A stretch of DNA of 38,964 nucleotides from NCBI RefSeq assembly GCF_036263695.1, contig NZ_DATAGM010000424.1, positions 1 to 38,964 on the forward strand. Reading direction: 5' to 3'. This DNA comes from Phenylobacterium sp. GTDB lineage: Bacteria > Pseudomonadota > Alphaproteobacteria > Caulobacterales > Caulobacteraceae. Below are positions 10,139-20,652 of the stretch, in pieces. Made by a program: the position numbers and the translations under genes. The notes beneath the pieces were generated by a model. It was not told the origin of the DNA. It worked only from the letters and a program-made list of their open reading frames with translations, and searched no databases. The first letter of the stretch is position 1. Every line of letters begins with the position of its first letter.

Positions 10139-10615
10139 ATGCGCGATCGACTCACCGCCCGCATCCTGCTGTTCGACGCCGCAGGCCGGCTGCTGCTGAT
10201 GAAGGGCCGCCTGCCGACCGGGCCGGACGCGCCGGGCGCCTGGTTCACGGTCGGCGGAGGCGCCGAGCCCGGCGAGAGCGTGCACGAGGCGGCGGCGCGG
10301 GAGGTGGTGGAGGAGACCGGCTTCACCGACGTCGAGCTCGGGCCGGTGGTCTGGCGGCGCACCACGCCCCAGCGGCTGGTGGGTGGCGAGCTGGTGATGT
10401 TCCAGGAGCACTACCTCGTCGCCCGCTGCCGAGGCGGCGAGCCCTGCCGAGACGCCTGGGAGCCGCACGAGGTCAGCCTCGTGGACGACATCCGCTGGTG
10501 GAGCCTCGAAGAGCTGTTGGCCTGCCCCGACGACGTCTACCCGCTCGCCCTGCGCGAGCTTCTCCCGGACATCATCGCAGGCCGCTATCCGTCCAAGCCG
10601 CTGGTCATCCGTTAG
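10139..10615 (+). CDS. Nudix hydrolase
   Basis: Nudix box GGGAEPGESVHEAAAREVVEETG. Start MRDRLTARILLFD at ATG 10139. Confidence 0.9.
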   Translation: MRDRLTARILLFDAAGRLLLMKGRLPTGPDAPGAWFTVGGGAEPGESVHEAAAREVVEETGFTDVELGPVVWRRTTPQRLVGGELVMFQEHYLVARCRGGEPCRDAWEPHEVSLVDDIRWWSLEELLACPDDVYPLALRELLPDIIAGRYPSKPLVIR

Positions 10616-10657
10616 AGGCGGGTGACAGGGACGGCTACGCCCAACCAGTCATCCAAG

Positions 10658-11137
10658 CTAGGTCGCTGGGACCGCCTGCGGCGGGCCGCCGTCGAGCGTT
10701 GCGGGGGCGGGCGCCGGGATGAGCTCGGGCTGGGCTTCGGGCGCCGCCTCGACCTCCGCCGCGGCCGGTTGGCCGGCCTCGGCGGCGGCCGGCGCACCGC
10801 CAGAGGCCTCCAGATCGTCCAGCGTCGCGGGCGCGCCGTCGGCCGGCGGCGAGAGTTCGGCCACGTTGGTGGGGGCGGGCGTTTCGGCGGTCTTCGGCTT
10901 CTTGTCCATGCCGAACAGCTTCTTCACCCCGCCAACCAGGCCCTTGCCGATCGACTGGCCGGCCAAGCCGCCCACGGCGCTGCCGAGGGGGCCGCCGGCC
11001 GCGCCGGCGGTGTAGCCCAGCGCCCCGCCGACGGCGGCGCCCAAGCTGTCGACCACCCCAGGCTTTTCCTTCTCTTCCGCCAGCGCAGCCGAAGGGATCA
11101 GTACGGCGGCCGCGGCGATGGCGAGCGTCTTGCGCAT
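10658..11137 (-). CDS. Secreted glycine-zipper protein with Pro/Ala/Glu-rich disordered tail
   Basis: GAGAGG RBS. Signal peptide MRKTLAIAAAAVLIPSAALA. GxxxG repeats SLGAAVGGALGYTAGAAGGPLGSAVGGLAGQSIG. Confidence 0.75.
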   Translation of the reverse strand: MRKTLAIAAAAVLIPSAALAEEKEKPGVVDSLGAAVGGALGYTAGAAGGPLGSAVGGLAGQSIGKGLVGGVKKLFGMDKKPKTAETPAPTNVAELSPPADGAPATLDDLEASGGAPAAAEAGQPAAAEVEAAPEAQPELIPAPAPATLDGGPPQAVPAT

Positions 11138-11219
11138 CGGATCACCTCTCCTCTGCGGCCGGCGCCCGCTCTTCGGGAACCGGCCTTCATGAAGCCGCCC
11201 CCGCGAGTCAGGGTCCTTC

Positions 11220-11244
11220 AACGCCTCGGCGCCTCAAGGGTTCT
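11220..11244 (-). promoter_or_regulatory. Candidate sigmaT/EcfG general-stress promoter for the glycine-zipper gene
   Basis: Minus strand AGAAC-N16-CGTT against the consensus GGAAC-N16/17-CGTT, ~83 nt upstream of the ATG. Confidence 0.5.
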
Positions 11245-11253
11245 GGCCGCGCT

Positions 11254-11655
11254 TCAGGCGGGCGCCTCCCCCGGGTATTGAGGCAGCTCCGCGTGAGGCG
11301 GCCACCAGGCCGCCTTGGAGGCGGTGTAGAAGTAGAAGGCGGGACTGGCCTCCACCGGCTCGTCCAGCAGCCCGGCCCGCAGCCGCAGCACCTGCGGCGT
11401 CTCGTCCCGCTGGCTGAACACCGGGCTGCCGCAAGCGCCACAGAACACCCGCCGCTTGCCTGGCGAGGCGCGGTGCTCCTTGAGCTCGGAATCACCGCTC
11501 AGCAGGCGGAAGTTCGAGCGCGCCACCGGGATGTTCGCCCCGAACGCGGAGCCCTGCGCCTTGCGGCACTGTCCGCAGCAGCACAGCTGGATGGGCGCCA
11601 GCGGCCCCTCGACTTCGAAGCGGACCGCTCCGCAAAGACAGCTTCCCGTATGCAT
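11254..11655 (-). CDS. GFA (CENP-V) family zinc protein
   Basis: MHTGSCLCGAVRF, CCCGQCRK and RVFCGACGS zinc-ligand pattern. The true start is ATG 11655; the longer ORF overlaps recA. Confidence 0.88.
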   Translation of the reverse strand: MHTGSCLCGAVRFEVEGPLAPIQLCCCGQCRKAQGSAFGANIPVARSNFRLLSGDSELKEHRASPGKRRVFCGACGSPVFSQRDETPQVLRLRAGLLDEPVEASPAFYFYTASKAAWWPPHAELPQYPGEAPA

Positions 11656-11740
11656 GTGACCCGTCCCCATTCGGCGGAGGCAAAGTGCACGCGCGCCAGC
11701 GAGAGGCAAGCACGTCAGAAGCGGACGCATCTGCAAAATA

Positions 11741-11773
11741 GAACATCTTGCGAACCGAGAACAAACCGCGTAC
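11741..11773 (+). promoter_or_regulatory. Two tandem alphaproteobacterial LexA (SOS) boxes overlapping the recA promoter
   Basis: GAAC-atcttgc-GAAC (11741-11755) and GAAC-aaaccgc-GTAC (11759-11773). They overlap TTGCGA-N17-TACCAA (11748-11776). Confidence 0.88.
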
Positions 11774-11859
11774 CAATGAGTCCATCGACGGGCGGCGGGA
11801 AAAGCCACCTTAGCCCCGGTCGGGTTGGCGGAATCGTGGGATAAGGGAGGCTCCTTCAA

Positions 11860-12926
<1,067 letters not shown>

Positions 12927-12927
<1 letters not shown>

Positions 12928-13037
12928 ATCTCCTCCCCGCGGAGATCCCGCCGCCGCTGCAACCCCGAAGACCTGCCGGGCGCTACCGCCAACCCCGTCC
13001 GGCAGTTCTCAAAGACCCCGCGCAGCCGGCGGCGGGA
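12927..13037 (+). ncRNA. Candidate structured RNA element in the recA 3' region
   Basis: Hairpin 12927-33/12941-47. Long stem 12946-60/13022-37 (15 bp, one bulge) encloses an inner stem 12969-80/12998-13009. Repeated CCCCG motifs lie in loops and bubbles. Confidence 0.35.
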
Positions 13038-13078
13038 AAGGGCGTTCGCCTCCTGCAAGGGCGGACGCCCTTTCTTTT
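13036..13078 (+). terminator. Intrinsic terminator of recA
   Basis: Stem GAAAGGGCGTTCGCC / GGCGGACGCCCTTTC (one G-U) followed by TTTT. Confidence 0.8.
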
Positions 13079-13082
13079 ACTT

Positions 13083-13221
13083 GGACGTCTCCCCGCCGCC
13101 CCGCGCGGCGGGGGAGAGGGTTGGGTGAGGGGGGCGCCTGCGCCGCGGGAGCGTTGGAATCCACCTCCGCGCCTGGGCCTGACTCACCCAACCCTCTGCC
13201 GGCGAGGCGGGCGAGAGGTCC
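13083..13221. repeat. CIR-like (Caulobacter intergenic repeat) palindromic element
   Basis: Terminal hairpins and a perfect internal 15-bp inverted repeat AGAGGGTTGGGTGAG (13115-29) / CTCACCCAACCCTCT (13183-97). Imperfect 9-bp terminal IR and two GANTC sites (13157, 13181). A related copy is at 32135. Confidence 0.7.
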
Positions 13222-13228
13222 TTCCGGA

Positions 13229-13855
13229 CTACGGCGTTTCGGGCCGCGCGAAATCCGAGAACCGCGTCTCCGCCGCCAGCCGGGCGACGTAGGCCTCCAC
13301 GGCCGAGAGCTGCGGCCGCTCCATCGGCGTCGCCCGCCAGCGGTGCACGGAGAGGCCGACCACGATATCAGCCAAGGTGAAGCTTGCCCCCGCGACGAAC
13401 GCGCCGGTCTCGGCGAGCTGGGCGTCCAGCAGCGACATGACCTCGTTCCAGCGCCGCGCCCCCGCGACGATCTCGTCCGTATCGGCGTAGGCCGGATCGC
13501 GCCGGCCCAGGGCCATGAAGACGTAGCGCCAGGCGCCGTTCAGCTCCGTCGCCTGCCAGTCCATCCACATCTCCACCCGCGCCTGGGCCGCCGGCTCGTC
13601 TGGCAGCAGGTCGCCTCGCCCGTGCCGGCGCGCCAGGTAGCGGCAGATGGTGTTGGACTCCCACAGTACCCCCGCCTCGTCCTCGATGACCGGCACGAGA
13701 CCGTTGGGGTTGAGCCGCCGGAACGCCGGCGACGCGGCCGGCGCCGCCGGCGTCGCCCACTGCGGTTCGTGGACGAACTCGAGGCCGATCTCGGCCGCCG
13801 TCCACAGCACCTTGCGCACGTTGATCGAGGTTGGCCGGCCGAGGATGCGGAGCAT
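13229..13855 (-). CDS. Glutathione S-transferase family protein (GstB-like)
   Basis: Motifs GRPTSINVRKVLW, LNPNGLVP, LWESNTICRYL, WMDW, FTLADI. Start at ATG 13855. Confidence 0.92.
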   Translation of the reverse strand: MLRILGRPTSINVRKVLWTAAEIGLEFVHEPQWATPAAPAASPAFRRLNPNGLVPVIEDEAGVLWESNTICRYLARRHGRGDLLPDEPAAQARVEMWMDWQATELNGAWRYVFMALGRRDPAYADTDEIVAGARRWNEVMSLLDAQLAETGAFVAGASFTLADIVVGLSVHRWRATPMERPQLSAVEAYVARLAAETRFSDFARPETP

Positions 13856-13886
13856 GGGGGTTACTGTCATGTCGCACAAATTAGTC

Positions 13887-13980
13887 ACGTCGTCCCGGAC
13901 CGCCTGCAAGGCAAAGGCGGCGCTCGTCCATCCGCCGCGGAGCCTCTGATCTGGATCCTCGCCTACGCCGGGACGAGCGT
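13887..13980. repeat. Degenerate REP/RIME-like palindromic repeat upstream of alaS
   Basis: Terminal IR ACGTCGTCCCGG (13887-98) / CCGGGACGAGCGT (13968-80), one bulge. The 3' arm TGGATCCTCGCCTACGCCGGGACGA resembles the repeat style at 16798. Confidence 0.45.
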
Positions 13981-14037
13981 GGAGGAAGCGGCGTCGAGCC
14001 GCCCCCTTGCGCTCCGCCGCCCGCCACCCCTTTTCCT

Positions 14038-14066
14038 TTGTCGCGCCGCAGCAAATTTCGTAGAGC
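14038..14066 (+). promoter_or_regulatory. Candidate sigma70 promoter of alaS
   Basis: TTGTCG-N17-TAGAGC, 70 nt upstream of the ATG. Confidence 0.45.
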
Positions 14067-14135
14067 AGCCGCGTTCCGGATGCGCCCGCACGCCCGAGGT
14101 GTGCGCCTCTCCGGCCCAAGGTTTAGAAGACGTCC

Positions 14136-16784
14136 ATGGCCAGTCTGAACGACATCCGCAGCACCTTCCTCGACTACTTCAAGTCGAAGGACCACCTGAT
14201 CATCCCGTCCGCGCCGCTGGTGCCGAAGGACGATCCCACCCTGCTGTTCGTCAACGCCGGCATGGTGCCGTTCAAGAACTACTTCACCGGCGCCGAGACC
14301 CCGCCGGCCCCGCGCGCGGCCTCGTCGCAGAAGTCGGTGCGCGCCGGCGGCAAGCACAACGACCTGGACAACGTCGGCTACACGGCGCGCCACCACACCT
14401 TCTTCGAGATGCTGGGGAATTTCTCCTTCGGCGACTATTTCAAGGAAGGGGCGATCGTCCACGCCTGGGAGCTGCTGACGAAGGAGTTCAAGCTCGACCC
14501 CGCGCGGCTGGTGGTCACCGTCTACCACACCGACGACGAGGCCCACGGCCTGTGGAAGAAGATCGCCGGCCTGCCGGACGAGAAGATCATCCGCATCGCC
14601 ACCGCCGACAACTTCTGGTCCATGGGCGACACCGGCCCCTGCGGCCCCTGTTCTGAGATCTTCTACGACCACGGGGCGCACATCGCCGGCGGCCCGCCCG
14701 GCAGCCCGGACGAGGACGGCGACCGGTTCGTGGAGATCTGGAACCTGGTCTTCATGCAGTATGAGCAGTTCCTGGACGGCTCGCGCGTGGACCTGCCGCG
14801 CCCGTCGATCGACACCGGCATGGGGCTGGAGCGGATCGCGGCGGTCATGCAGGGCGTGCACGACAACTACGATGTCGACGTCTTCCGCGCGCTGATCCAG
14901 GCGAGCCGCGAGGCTGTCGGCGGCGTCGGCGGCGGCGCGAACGGGCCCTCGCACCGGGTGATCGCCGACCACCTGCGTTCGACCAGCTTCCTGATCGCCG
15001 ACGGCGTCAGCCCGTCCAACGAGGGCCGCGGCTACGTGCTGCGCCGGATCATGCGCCGGGCTATGCGCCACGCTCACCTGCTGGGCGCCGAAGAGCCCTT
15101 GATGCACCGCCTGGTCCCCGCACTCGTCGAGCAGATGGGCGGCGCCTACCCCGAGCTGAAGCGCGCCCAGCCGGTCATCGAGGAGACCCTGCGCCAGGAA
15201 GAGGAGCGGTTCCGCCGCACTCTCGGCCGCGGCATGGCCCTGCTCGACGAGGCGACAGCCAAGCTCGAAGCCGGTGGCATGCTCTCCGGCGAGACGGCGT
15301 TCAAGCTCTACGACACCTACGGCTTCCCGCTCGACCTGACCCAGGACGCGGTCCGCGCCAAGGGCCTGACCGTCGACCTCGACGGCTTTGAGGCCGCCAT
15401 GCGCGAGCAGCGCGAACGGGCCCGCGAGGCCTGGACCGGCTCCGGCGCCGTCGCCCAATCGGCCGAGTGGTTCGCCATCCGCGACCGGCTCGGGCCGACC
15501 GTGTTCAGCGGCTACGACCAGGTCGAGGACATGGGCGAGCTTCTGGCCCTTGTCGATGCGGGCCAGGAGATCGACGAGGCGAAGGCCGGCCAGACCGTGC
15601 AGGCGATTTTCGACCGCACCCCGTTCTACGCCGAGAGCGGCGGCCAGGCGGGCGACCAGGGCGAGGCCGAGTGGCCCGGCGGCCACGGCCGCGTGCTCGA
15701 TGTCCAGAAGCAGGCCGGCGACCTGCACGTACACGTGCTGAAGGTCATCGAGGGGACGCTGAAGCCCGGCGCGCGGGTGCGGCTGGCGGTGGACGCCGAG
15801 CGGCGCGCCTCCACGCGCTCCAACCACTCGGCCACCCACCTGCTGCACGCGGCCCTGCGTAACGTGCTCGGCCACCACGTCAGCCAGAAGGGCCAGATGG
15901 TCGATGGCGACCGCATCCGCTTCGACTTCAGCCACGGCCAGCCGCTGACCGCCGAGGAGATCGACCGCCTCGAGGCCGAGGTGAACGCGGTGATCCGCCA
16001 GAACCTGCCGGCCGAGACCAAGGTGATGGCGCCTGAGGCGGCCATCGAGGCCGGCGCCATGGCGCTGTTCGGCGAGAAGTACGGCGACAGCGTCCGCGTG
16101 CTGACCCTCGGCCACGCCCTGGCCGGCGAGGGCGCCTACTCTGTTGAGTTGTGCGGCGGCACCCACGTCTCGCGCACCGGCGACATCGCCCTGTTCAAGA
16201 TCGTCTCCGAAGGCGGTGTGGCGGCGGGCGTGCGGCGCATCGAGGCGCTGACCGGCGAATCCGCGCGGCGCTTCCTGCTGGAGCAGGCGGCGGTGGCGCG
16301 GAACCTGGCCGAGCAGTTCAAGGTGCCGGTCTCGGAAGTCGCGGCGCGCGTCGAGGCGCTCGAGGCGCAGCGCCGGCGCCTGGAGAAGGAGCTCGGCGAC
16401 GTCAAGCGCCAGCTGGCCATGGGCGGCGGCTCGGGCGGCGGCGGCGGCGAGATCGAGGAGGTCGGCGGGACCAAGCTGCTGGCGCGTGTCATGGACGGGG
16501 TCGGCGGCAAGGACCTGCGGCCCATCGCGGAGGAATTCAAGAAGCAGATCGCCGACGGGGTCATCGCCCTGGTGGGCGTCGAGGGCGGCAAGGCGGCGGT
16601 CACCGTGGCCCTGACCGGCTCGGCCAAGGACCGCCTCAGCGCCGTCGACCTCGCCAAGGCCGCCGTCCAGGCGATGGGCGGCCAGGGCGGGGGCGGCCGC
16701 CCCGACTTCGCCCAGGGCGGCGCCCCCGACGGCTCTAAGGCCGCCGACGGCCTCGCCGCGGTCAAGGCGGCGCTGGCGGGCTGA
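14136..16784 (+). CDS. alaS: Alanine--tRNA ligase
   Basis: Motifs [42 protein letters not shown], editing NHSATHLLH and ELCGGTH, C-terminal [12 protein letters not shown]. Confidence 0.99.
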   Translation: MASLNDIRSTFLDYFKSKDHLIIPSAPLVPKDDPTLLFVNAGMVPFKNYFTGAETPPAPRAASSQKSVRAGGKHNDLDNVGYTARHHTFFEMLGNFSFGDYFKEGAIVHAWELLTKEFKLDPARLVVTVYHTDDEAHGLWKKIAGLPDEKIIRIATADNFWSMGDTGPCGPCSEIFYDHGAHIAGGPPGSPDEDGDRFVEIWNLVFMQYEQFLDGSRVDLPRPSIDTGMGLERIAAVMQGVHDNYDVDVFRALIQASREAVGGVGGGANGPSHRVIADHLRSTSFLIADGVSPSNEGRGYVLRRIMRRAMRHAHLLGAEEPLMHRLVPALVEQMGGAYPELKRAQPVIEETLRQEEERFRRTLGRGMALLDEATAKLEAGGMLSGETAFKLYDTYGFPLDLTQDAVRAKGLTVDLDGFEAAMREQRERAREAWTGSGAVAQSAEWFAIRDRLGPTVFSGYDQVEDMGELLALVDAGQEIDEAKAGQTVQAIFDRTPFYAESGGQAGDQGEAEWPGGHGRVLDVQKQAGDLHVHVLKVIEGTLKPGARVRLAVDAERRASTRSNHSATHLLHAALRNVLGHHVSQKGQMVDGDRIRFDFSHGQPLTAEEIDRLEAEVNAVIRQNLPAETKVMAPEAAIEAGAMALFGEKYGDSVRVLTLGHALAGEGAYSVELCGGTHVSRTGDIALFKIVSEGGVAAGVRRIEALTGESARRFLLEQAAVARNLAEQFKVPVSEVAARVEALEAQRRRLEKELGDVKRQLAMGGGSGGGGGEIEEVGGTKLLARVMDGVGGKDLRPIAEEFKKQIADGVIALVGVEGGKAAVTVALTGSAKDRLSAVDLAKAAVQAMGGQGGGGRPDFAQGGAPDGSKAADGLAAVKAALAG

Positions 16785-16797
16785 CGGCGCACCTGAT

Positions 16798-16884
16798 CGT
16801 CATCGCCGGGCTCGTCCCGGCGACCCAGCCCGTTGCAGCGGGGCAGACTCATCAGGATGGGTCGGGACAAGCCCGGCCATGACG
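16798..16884. repeat. REP/RIME-like palindromic repeat (87 bp) between convergent genes
   Basis: 22-bp terminal IR CGTCATCGCCGGGCTCGTCCCG / CGGGACAAGCCCGGCCATGACG (2 mismatches), internal hairpin and a GANTC at 16846. Confidence 0.75.
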
Positions 16885-16923
16885 GCGGGGAGGGGGCTCG
16901 CGGCGACCTCCCCGGCGCACCGC

Positions 16924-17652
16924 TCAATCCGGCAGGTCGAACACCAGCAATCCCGGCGCACCCAGCGGCAGCTCGGCCGCGACGGCCCCGGTGGGACCGA
17001 GCACCGCCGTTGGGCCCCAGGCGATGCGGCCGTCGCGTTCGCCGGTGACATCGGCGGAGAGGAGCCACAGGCCGGTCTCGATGCAGCGCGCGCCGCGGGC
17101 GCGATTGTGCTCGTGCTTCCATGTCTCGGCGGTAGGCCGCGGCATCATGTTGTTGGCCGGGCAGACGATCAGCTGCGCGCCGCCGTCGGCCACCTTGCGG
17201 GCGGCTTCGGGGAAGTTGGTGTCGTAGCAGATGTTGATCCCGAACCTCAGGCCGCCGGTTTGGAAGATCGGGGCCTCGTCACCCGGCGTGAAGGCGCGTT
17301 CGCCGCGGAGGAGGTGGGTTTTGCGATAGCGGCCGAGGAGGGCGCCGTCGCACACCACAACTGCGGTGTTGAACAGATGATCCGCGTCCAGCTCGATCAG
17401 GCCCATGACGACGGTAAGGCCAGAGCGGGGAAGTCGGGCCAGCACCGCCTCGAACTCGGGCGAGGCGAGGTCGAGGGCGCAGCGGCGGGCGGCCGCCTCC
17501 TCGGTGAGGTAGCCCTGCAGATAGCCCTCGGGGAAGCATAGCAACGCAGCGCCGCGGGCGTGCGCCTCGTCGATTGTGGCCGACGCGTGGGCGAGGGCGC
17601 CGTCGACATCCTCGCGAAACTCCGGCGTCTGGGCGGCGGCGATCCGGGCCAC
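16924..17652 (-). CDS. Carbon-nitrogen hydrolase (nitrilase superfamily amidase)
   Basis: Glu-Lys-Cys triad FPEG / YRKTHL / ICYD. GTG start 2 nt after the NAT stop. Confidence 0.9.
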   Translation of the reverse strand: MARIAAAQTPEFREDVDGALAHASATIDEAHARGAALLCFPEGYLQGYLTEEAAARRCALDLASPEFEAVLARLPRSGLTVVMGLIELDADHLFNTAVVVCDGALLGRYRKTHLLRGERAFTPGDEAPIFQTGGLRFGINICYDTNFPEAARKVADGGAQLIVCPANNMMPRPTAETWKHEHNRARGARCIETGLWLLSADVTGERDGRIAWGPTAVLGPTGAVAAELPLGAPGLLVFDLPD

Positions 17653-17654
17653 CG

Positions 17655-18473
17655 TCAGGCCGGAGCTGGGGCGAGGGCCGCCTCGTGCTGGGCGCAGATG
17701 CGCGGCCACAGGCCCTCGGCTTCGGGCAGGTCCAGGCCGAAGACATCGCGCAGGACGGCGACGTACTCCACCGGCCCCTCCACCAGCCGCTCCTCAGTCC
17801 GGTCCGGCCAGATATGGCGCAGGGTGCGGTTGCGCAGCAGGATCAGGCCGTCGGGCGTGTGCCTCTGGACGATGGCGTTCTGCACGAACACGGATGTGGG
17901 CGCGGTCTGCAGGTGGACACAGCGGCCCGCCAGTTCGGCCTCATCGGCGGGCTCGAGCCGCACATCGAAGCTGCGCGGGGCGTGGCGGTGGTTGCGCATG
18001 CGCCACCAGCCGTCCTCGGTGCGCTCGCGGCCGAACTCAAAGCCGCGCTGATCGTAGGGGCCGTCGCCCGGCTGAAAGGGTTCGATAGGCCCGTCGCCAT
18101 AGCCCACGTCGGCCAGCCAGGTCTCGTCGAGGTCGATCTTCAGCACCAGGTGGCTGGCATGGTTGGCCGCGCCCAGCGCCTCGCGCAGCACCGCGCCCGC
18201 CAACCGGGTCACCGGAAACCCGACCGCCTCCAGCGCCAGCCCGAAGGCGCCGTTCATCTCGTAGCACCAGCCGCCCCGCCGCCGCCGGACGATCTTCTCG
18301 AAGGCCGCGGCCGGGTCGGTGGTCAACGGCCGGCCGAGCTGGACGTCCAGGTTCTCGTAGGGGACCGCCAGCAGGTGCGCCCGGTGCAGCGCCCGCAGGG
18401 TGGTAAGGTCGGCGGCAAGCTCGCCCGCGTAGCCGATGCGGGCGAGGTAGGCGTCAAGGTCGATCGCGCTCAT
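17655..18473 (-). CDS. nat: Arylamine N-acetyltransferase
   Basis: YLARIG, VPYENLD, and the Cys-His-Asp triad RRGGWCYE / ASHLVL / LADVGYG. Confidence 0.9.
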   Translation of the reverse strand: MSAIDLDAYLARIGYAGELAADLTTLRALHRAHLLAVPYENLDVQLGRPLTTDPAAAFEKIVRRRRGGWCYEMNGAFGLALEAVGFPVTRLAGAVLREALGAANHASHLVLKIDLDETWLADVGYGDGPIEPFQPGDGPYDQRGFEFGRERTEDGWWRMRNHRHAPRSFDVRLEPADEAELAGRCVHLQTAPTSVFVQNAIVQRHTPDGLILLRNRTLRHIWPDRTEERLVEGPVEYVAVLRDVFGLDLPEAEGLWPRICAQHEAALAPAPA

Positions 18474-18515
18474 GGCCGGAGCCTCGCCAGCGCCGCCCGG
18501 TCAGGTCAAGCCGCC

Positions 18516-19430
18516 TCAAGCGAGCAGGTGCGCCGCCAGGGTCAGCGTGAGGGCCGAGATCACCGTGCCGATCGCCACCGCCTGTGCGGCGGGCCGGGCG
18601 AAGACCTCGGCCGTGCGGGTCTGGATGAAGACGTTCACCGCCGTCGGGCAGGCGGCGAGCAGCACCGCCGCCGCGACCAGCTCGCGCGCGGTCCCCACCG
18701 CTTCCAGGGCCAGCCACACCAGCACCGGCGCGACGGCGAGCTTGAGGAGGAGGGCCGCGCCCAGCGGCTCGAAGTCAGCCCGGGCGGGCAGGGCCCGCTC
18801 GCGGCCGATTAGTCCGCCGAGCGCCACCAGGGCGACCGGGCTGGTGGTGAGGGCGATCAGAGCCAGCCCGCCCGCCGCCGGCTCCGGCAGCCGCAGGCGG
18901 AGGGCCGATAGCGCCAGCCCGATCCCGGCCCCGACGACGGTCGGATTGAGCAGCACGCGGCGCAGGCCGCGCCAGGCCGGCTCGTTCCGCCCGCCCTGCA
19001 GCACCGCCACGCCGACACCTAGCAGCAGGACGAAGTCCACGGCCACGATGGCTGCGGCCGGCGCACGGGCTCCGGCGCCCAGCACAGAGACGGCCAGCGG
19101 CGCGCCGAGAAAGGCGGTGTTGCCGACCGCCGCCACCAGCGGCACGCCCGCACGGGCCTCCGCCGGCCAGCGGCGGATCCGGCCCGCGATCACCGCCAGC
19201 CCCAGGACTGCGCTCATGACCGCGGCGTAGATCGCCAGCGCCCGCGCCAGGCCGGCGTCCGGCGGCGGCGCTGTACCCAGCCAACTGACCAGCAGGGCCG
19301 GGAAGCCGATCCAATAGGTGTAGGCGGAAAGCCAGCGGCCGAGCCGGTCGTCAAGGATCCGCAGCCGCGCCAGCACCGCGCCGACCGCGATCAGCGCGAA
19401 GAAGGGGGCGATGCGGGCGGCGAGCTCCAT
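18516..19430 (-). CDS. AEC (auxin efflux carrier) family transporter
   Basis: About 10 TM segments with GFPALL, GNTAFLGAPL, LLNP, KLAVAP, AACPTAVN. Confidence 0.85.
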   Translation of the reverse strand: MELAARIAPFFALIAVGAVLARLRILDDRLGRWLSAYTYWIGFPALLVSWLGTAPPPDAGLARALAIYAAVMSAVLGLAVIAGRIRRWPAEARAGVPLVAAVGNTAFLGAPLAVSVLGAGARAPAAAIVAVDFVLLLGVGVAVLQGGRNEPAWRGLRRVLLNPTVVGAGIGLALSALRLRLPEPAAGGLALIALTTSPVALVALGGLIGRERALPARADFEPLGAALLLKLAVAPVLVWLALEAVGTARELVAAAVLLAACPTAVNVFIQTRTAEVFARPAAQAVAIGTVISALTLTLAAHLLA

Positions 19431-19493
19431 GTGCGAACCCTTAAGCGCGGGAGCTTGGCCGTGCTAGCGTGACGGCGGGGCGGAGAAGAGACG

Positions 19494-20093
19494 ATGGACC
19501 AACGTGTCGAGGCCGTGCTGGCCGAGTACCACGATCGGGCTGCCCGCGAGGCGCAGGATCCGGAGCTGTCGCGCGACGAGCGGCTGCTGCCGGTCGGGCC
19601 GGAGGTGGGCCGGTTCCTGAACGGTCTGATCAAGGGCGCCAAGGCCGCGCGGATACTTGAGATCGGCACCTCCTACGGCTACTCGGGCGTCTGGCTGGCC
19701 GAGGCCGCCGCCGCGGTCGGCGGGCGGGTGATCTCCCTGGACCTGGCCGATTACAAGCAGGCCTACGCCCGCGAGCGGCTGGAGCGGGCGGGCTTGGCGC
19801 AGGTGGTCGAGCACCGCAGCGGCGATGCCCTGGAGTTGATCCCCGCCCTCGAGGAACACTTCGACTTCGTCCTCCTTGATTGCTGGAAGGACATCTACGC
19901 CGGCTGCCTGGACCGCTTCTTCCCCAAGCTCGCCAAGGGTGCGATCGTCGCTGCCGACAACATGCTGCAGCCGGTGTCGGCCCGCCAGGACGCGCTCGCC
20001 TATCGCCGGGCGGTGCGGGCGAAGCCGGGGGTCTCCTCGGTGCTCGTACCGCTCGGCTCCGGCATCGAGCTCAGCCGGCTGGACGACCTCTAG
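19494..20093 (+). CDS. SAM-dependent O-methyltransferase (Methyltransf_3-like)
   Basis: Motifs ILEIGTSYGYS, FDFVLLDCWK, IVAADN. Confidence 0.88.
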   Translation: MDQRVEAVLAEYHDRAAREAQDPELSRDERLLPVGPEVGRFLNGLIKGAKAARILEIGTSYGYSGVWLAEAAAAVGGRVISLDLADYKQAYARERLERAGLAQVVEHRSGDALELIPALEEHFDFVLLDCWKDIYAGCLDRFFPKLAKGAIVAADNMLQPVSARQDALAYRRAVRAKPGVSSVLVPLGSGIELSRLDDL

Positions 20094-20616
20094 CGACCGC
20101 GGCTGTGGACTCCCCCGGCAGGTCCACGTGGGTCAGCTTCCAGGTGAACACCCCCCGCCGCTGGAAGGTGAAGGTCACCTCCCGCGAGGGCGCGCCCTTC
20201 GGATGGACGGCGAACCGCACCCTGCGGAAGCCCCAGTAGTCCAGCGCGGGGAAAGGCGGCCGGGCTTCGGGCGGGGGGGCAGCGCCCGGCGCGGCCAATG
20301 TCAGCGCGTGCAGGCCCTGGGGCGTCAGGTGACGGTCCACGGCGGGCGGTGCAGGCCGGATCGGATCCATGGCCCGCTTCAGCGCGCCGATAGGGTCGCG
20401 CCAGGGATCCGGCGGCGGGCCGGGCGCGGCGGCTTCGGTGAGCTGCGGCTTCAGGCTGGCGCGCACGGCCGGATAGTCCACGAGCTCGGCCAGGGCCTGA
20501 GCGTCCCGTGCCGAGGCGGCCTCCCGCAGCGCCCGAAAGGCGAACCAGGGCGCCGCCAGGAACGCCAGCGCGAACAGCGCCGCGGCGAGGGCGAGCAGGG
20601 TGGAGACGCGCGGCAT
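20071..20616 (-). CDS. DUF2939-like membrane-anchored protein
   Basis: N-terminal TM, then APW.A...L..A...RD...L...VDYPAVRASLKPQL and C-terminal R.G...WKL. Confidence 0.75.
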   Translation of the reverse strand: MPRVSTLLALAAALFALAFLAAPWFAFRALREAASARDAQALAELVDYPAVRASLKPQLTEAAAPGPPPDPWRDPIGALKRAMDPIRPAPPAVDRHLTPQGLHALTLAAPGAAPPPEARPPFPALDYWGFRRVRFAVHPKGAPSREVTFTFQRRGVFTWKLTHVDLPGESTAAVARGRPAG

Positions 20617-20652
20617 GACTGTGGAACGCGCGCCCCAGCTTCGCGATGCGCG

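Noticed and set aside
12946-13037. Rod-with-bubble structure as 6S RNA, or minus-strand G-quadruplex
   Set aside because: About 90 nt is too short for 6S and this is not its usual genomic context. The four GGGG runs are separated by ~20-26 nt, too long for a typical quadruplex.
13881-16166. 761-aa antisense ORF over alaS (also 6469-8298 over DUF885)
   Set aside because: Antisense mirrors of strongly biased coding sequence with no independent evidence.
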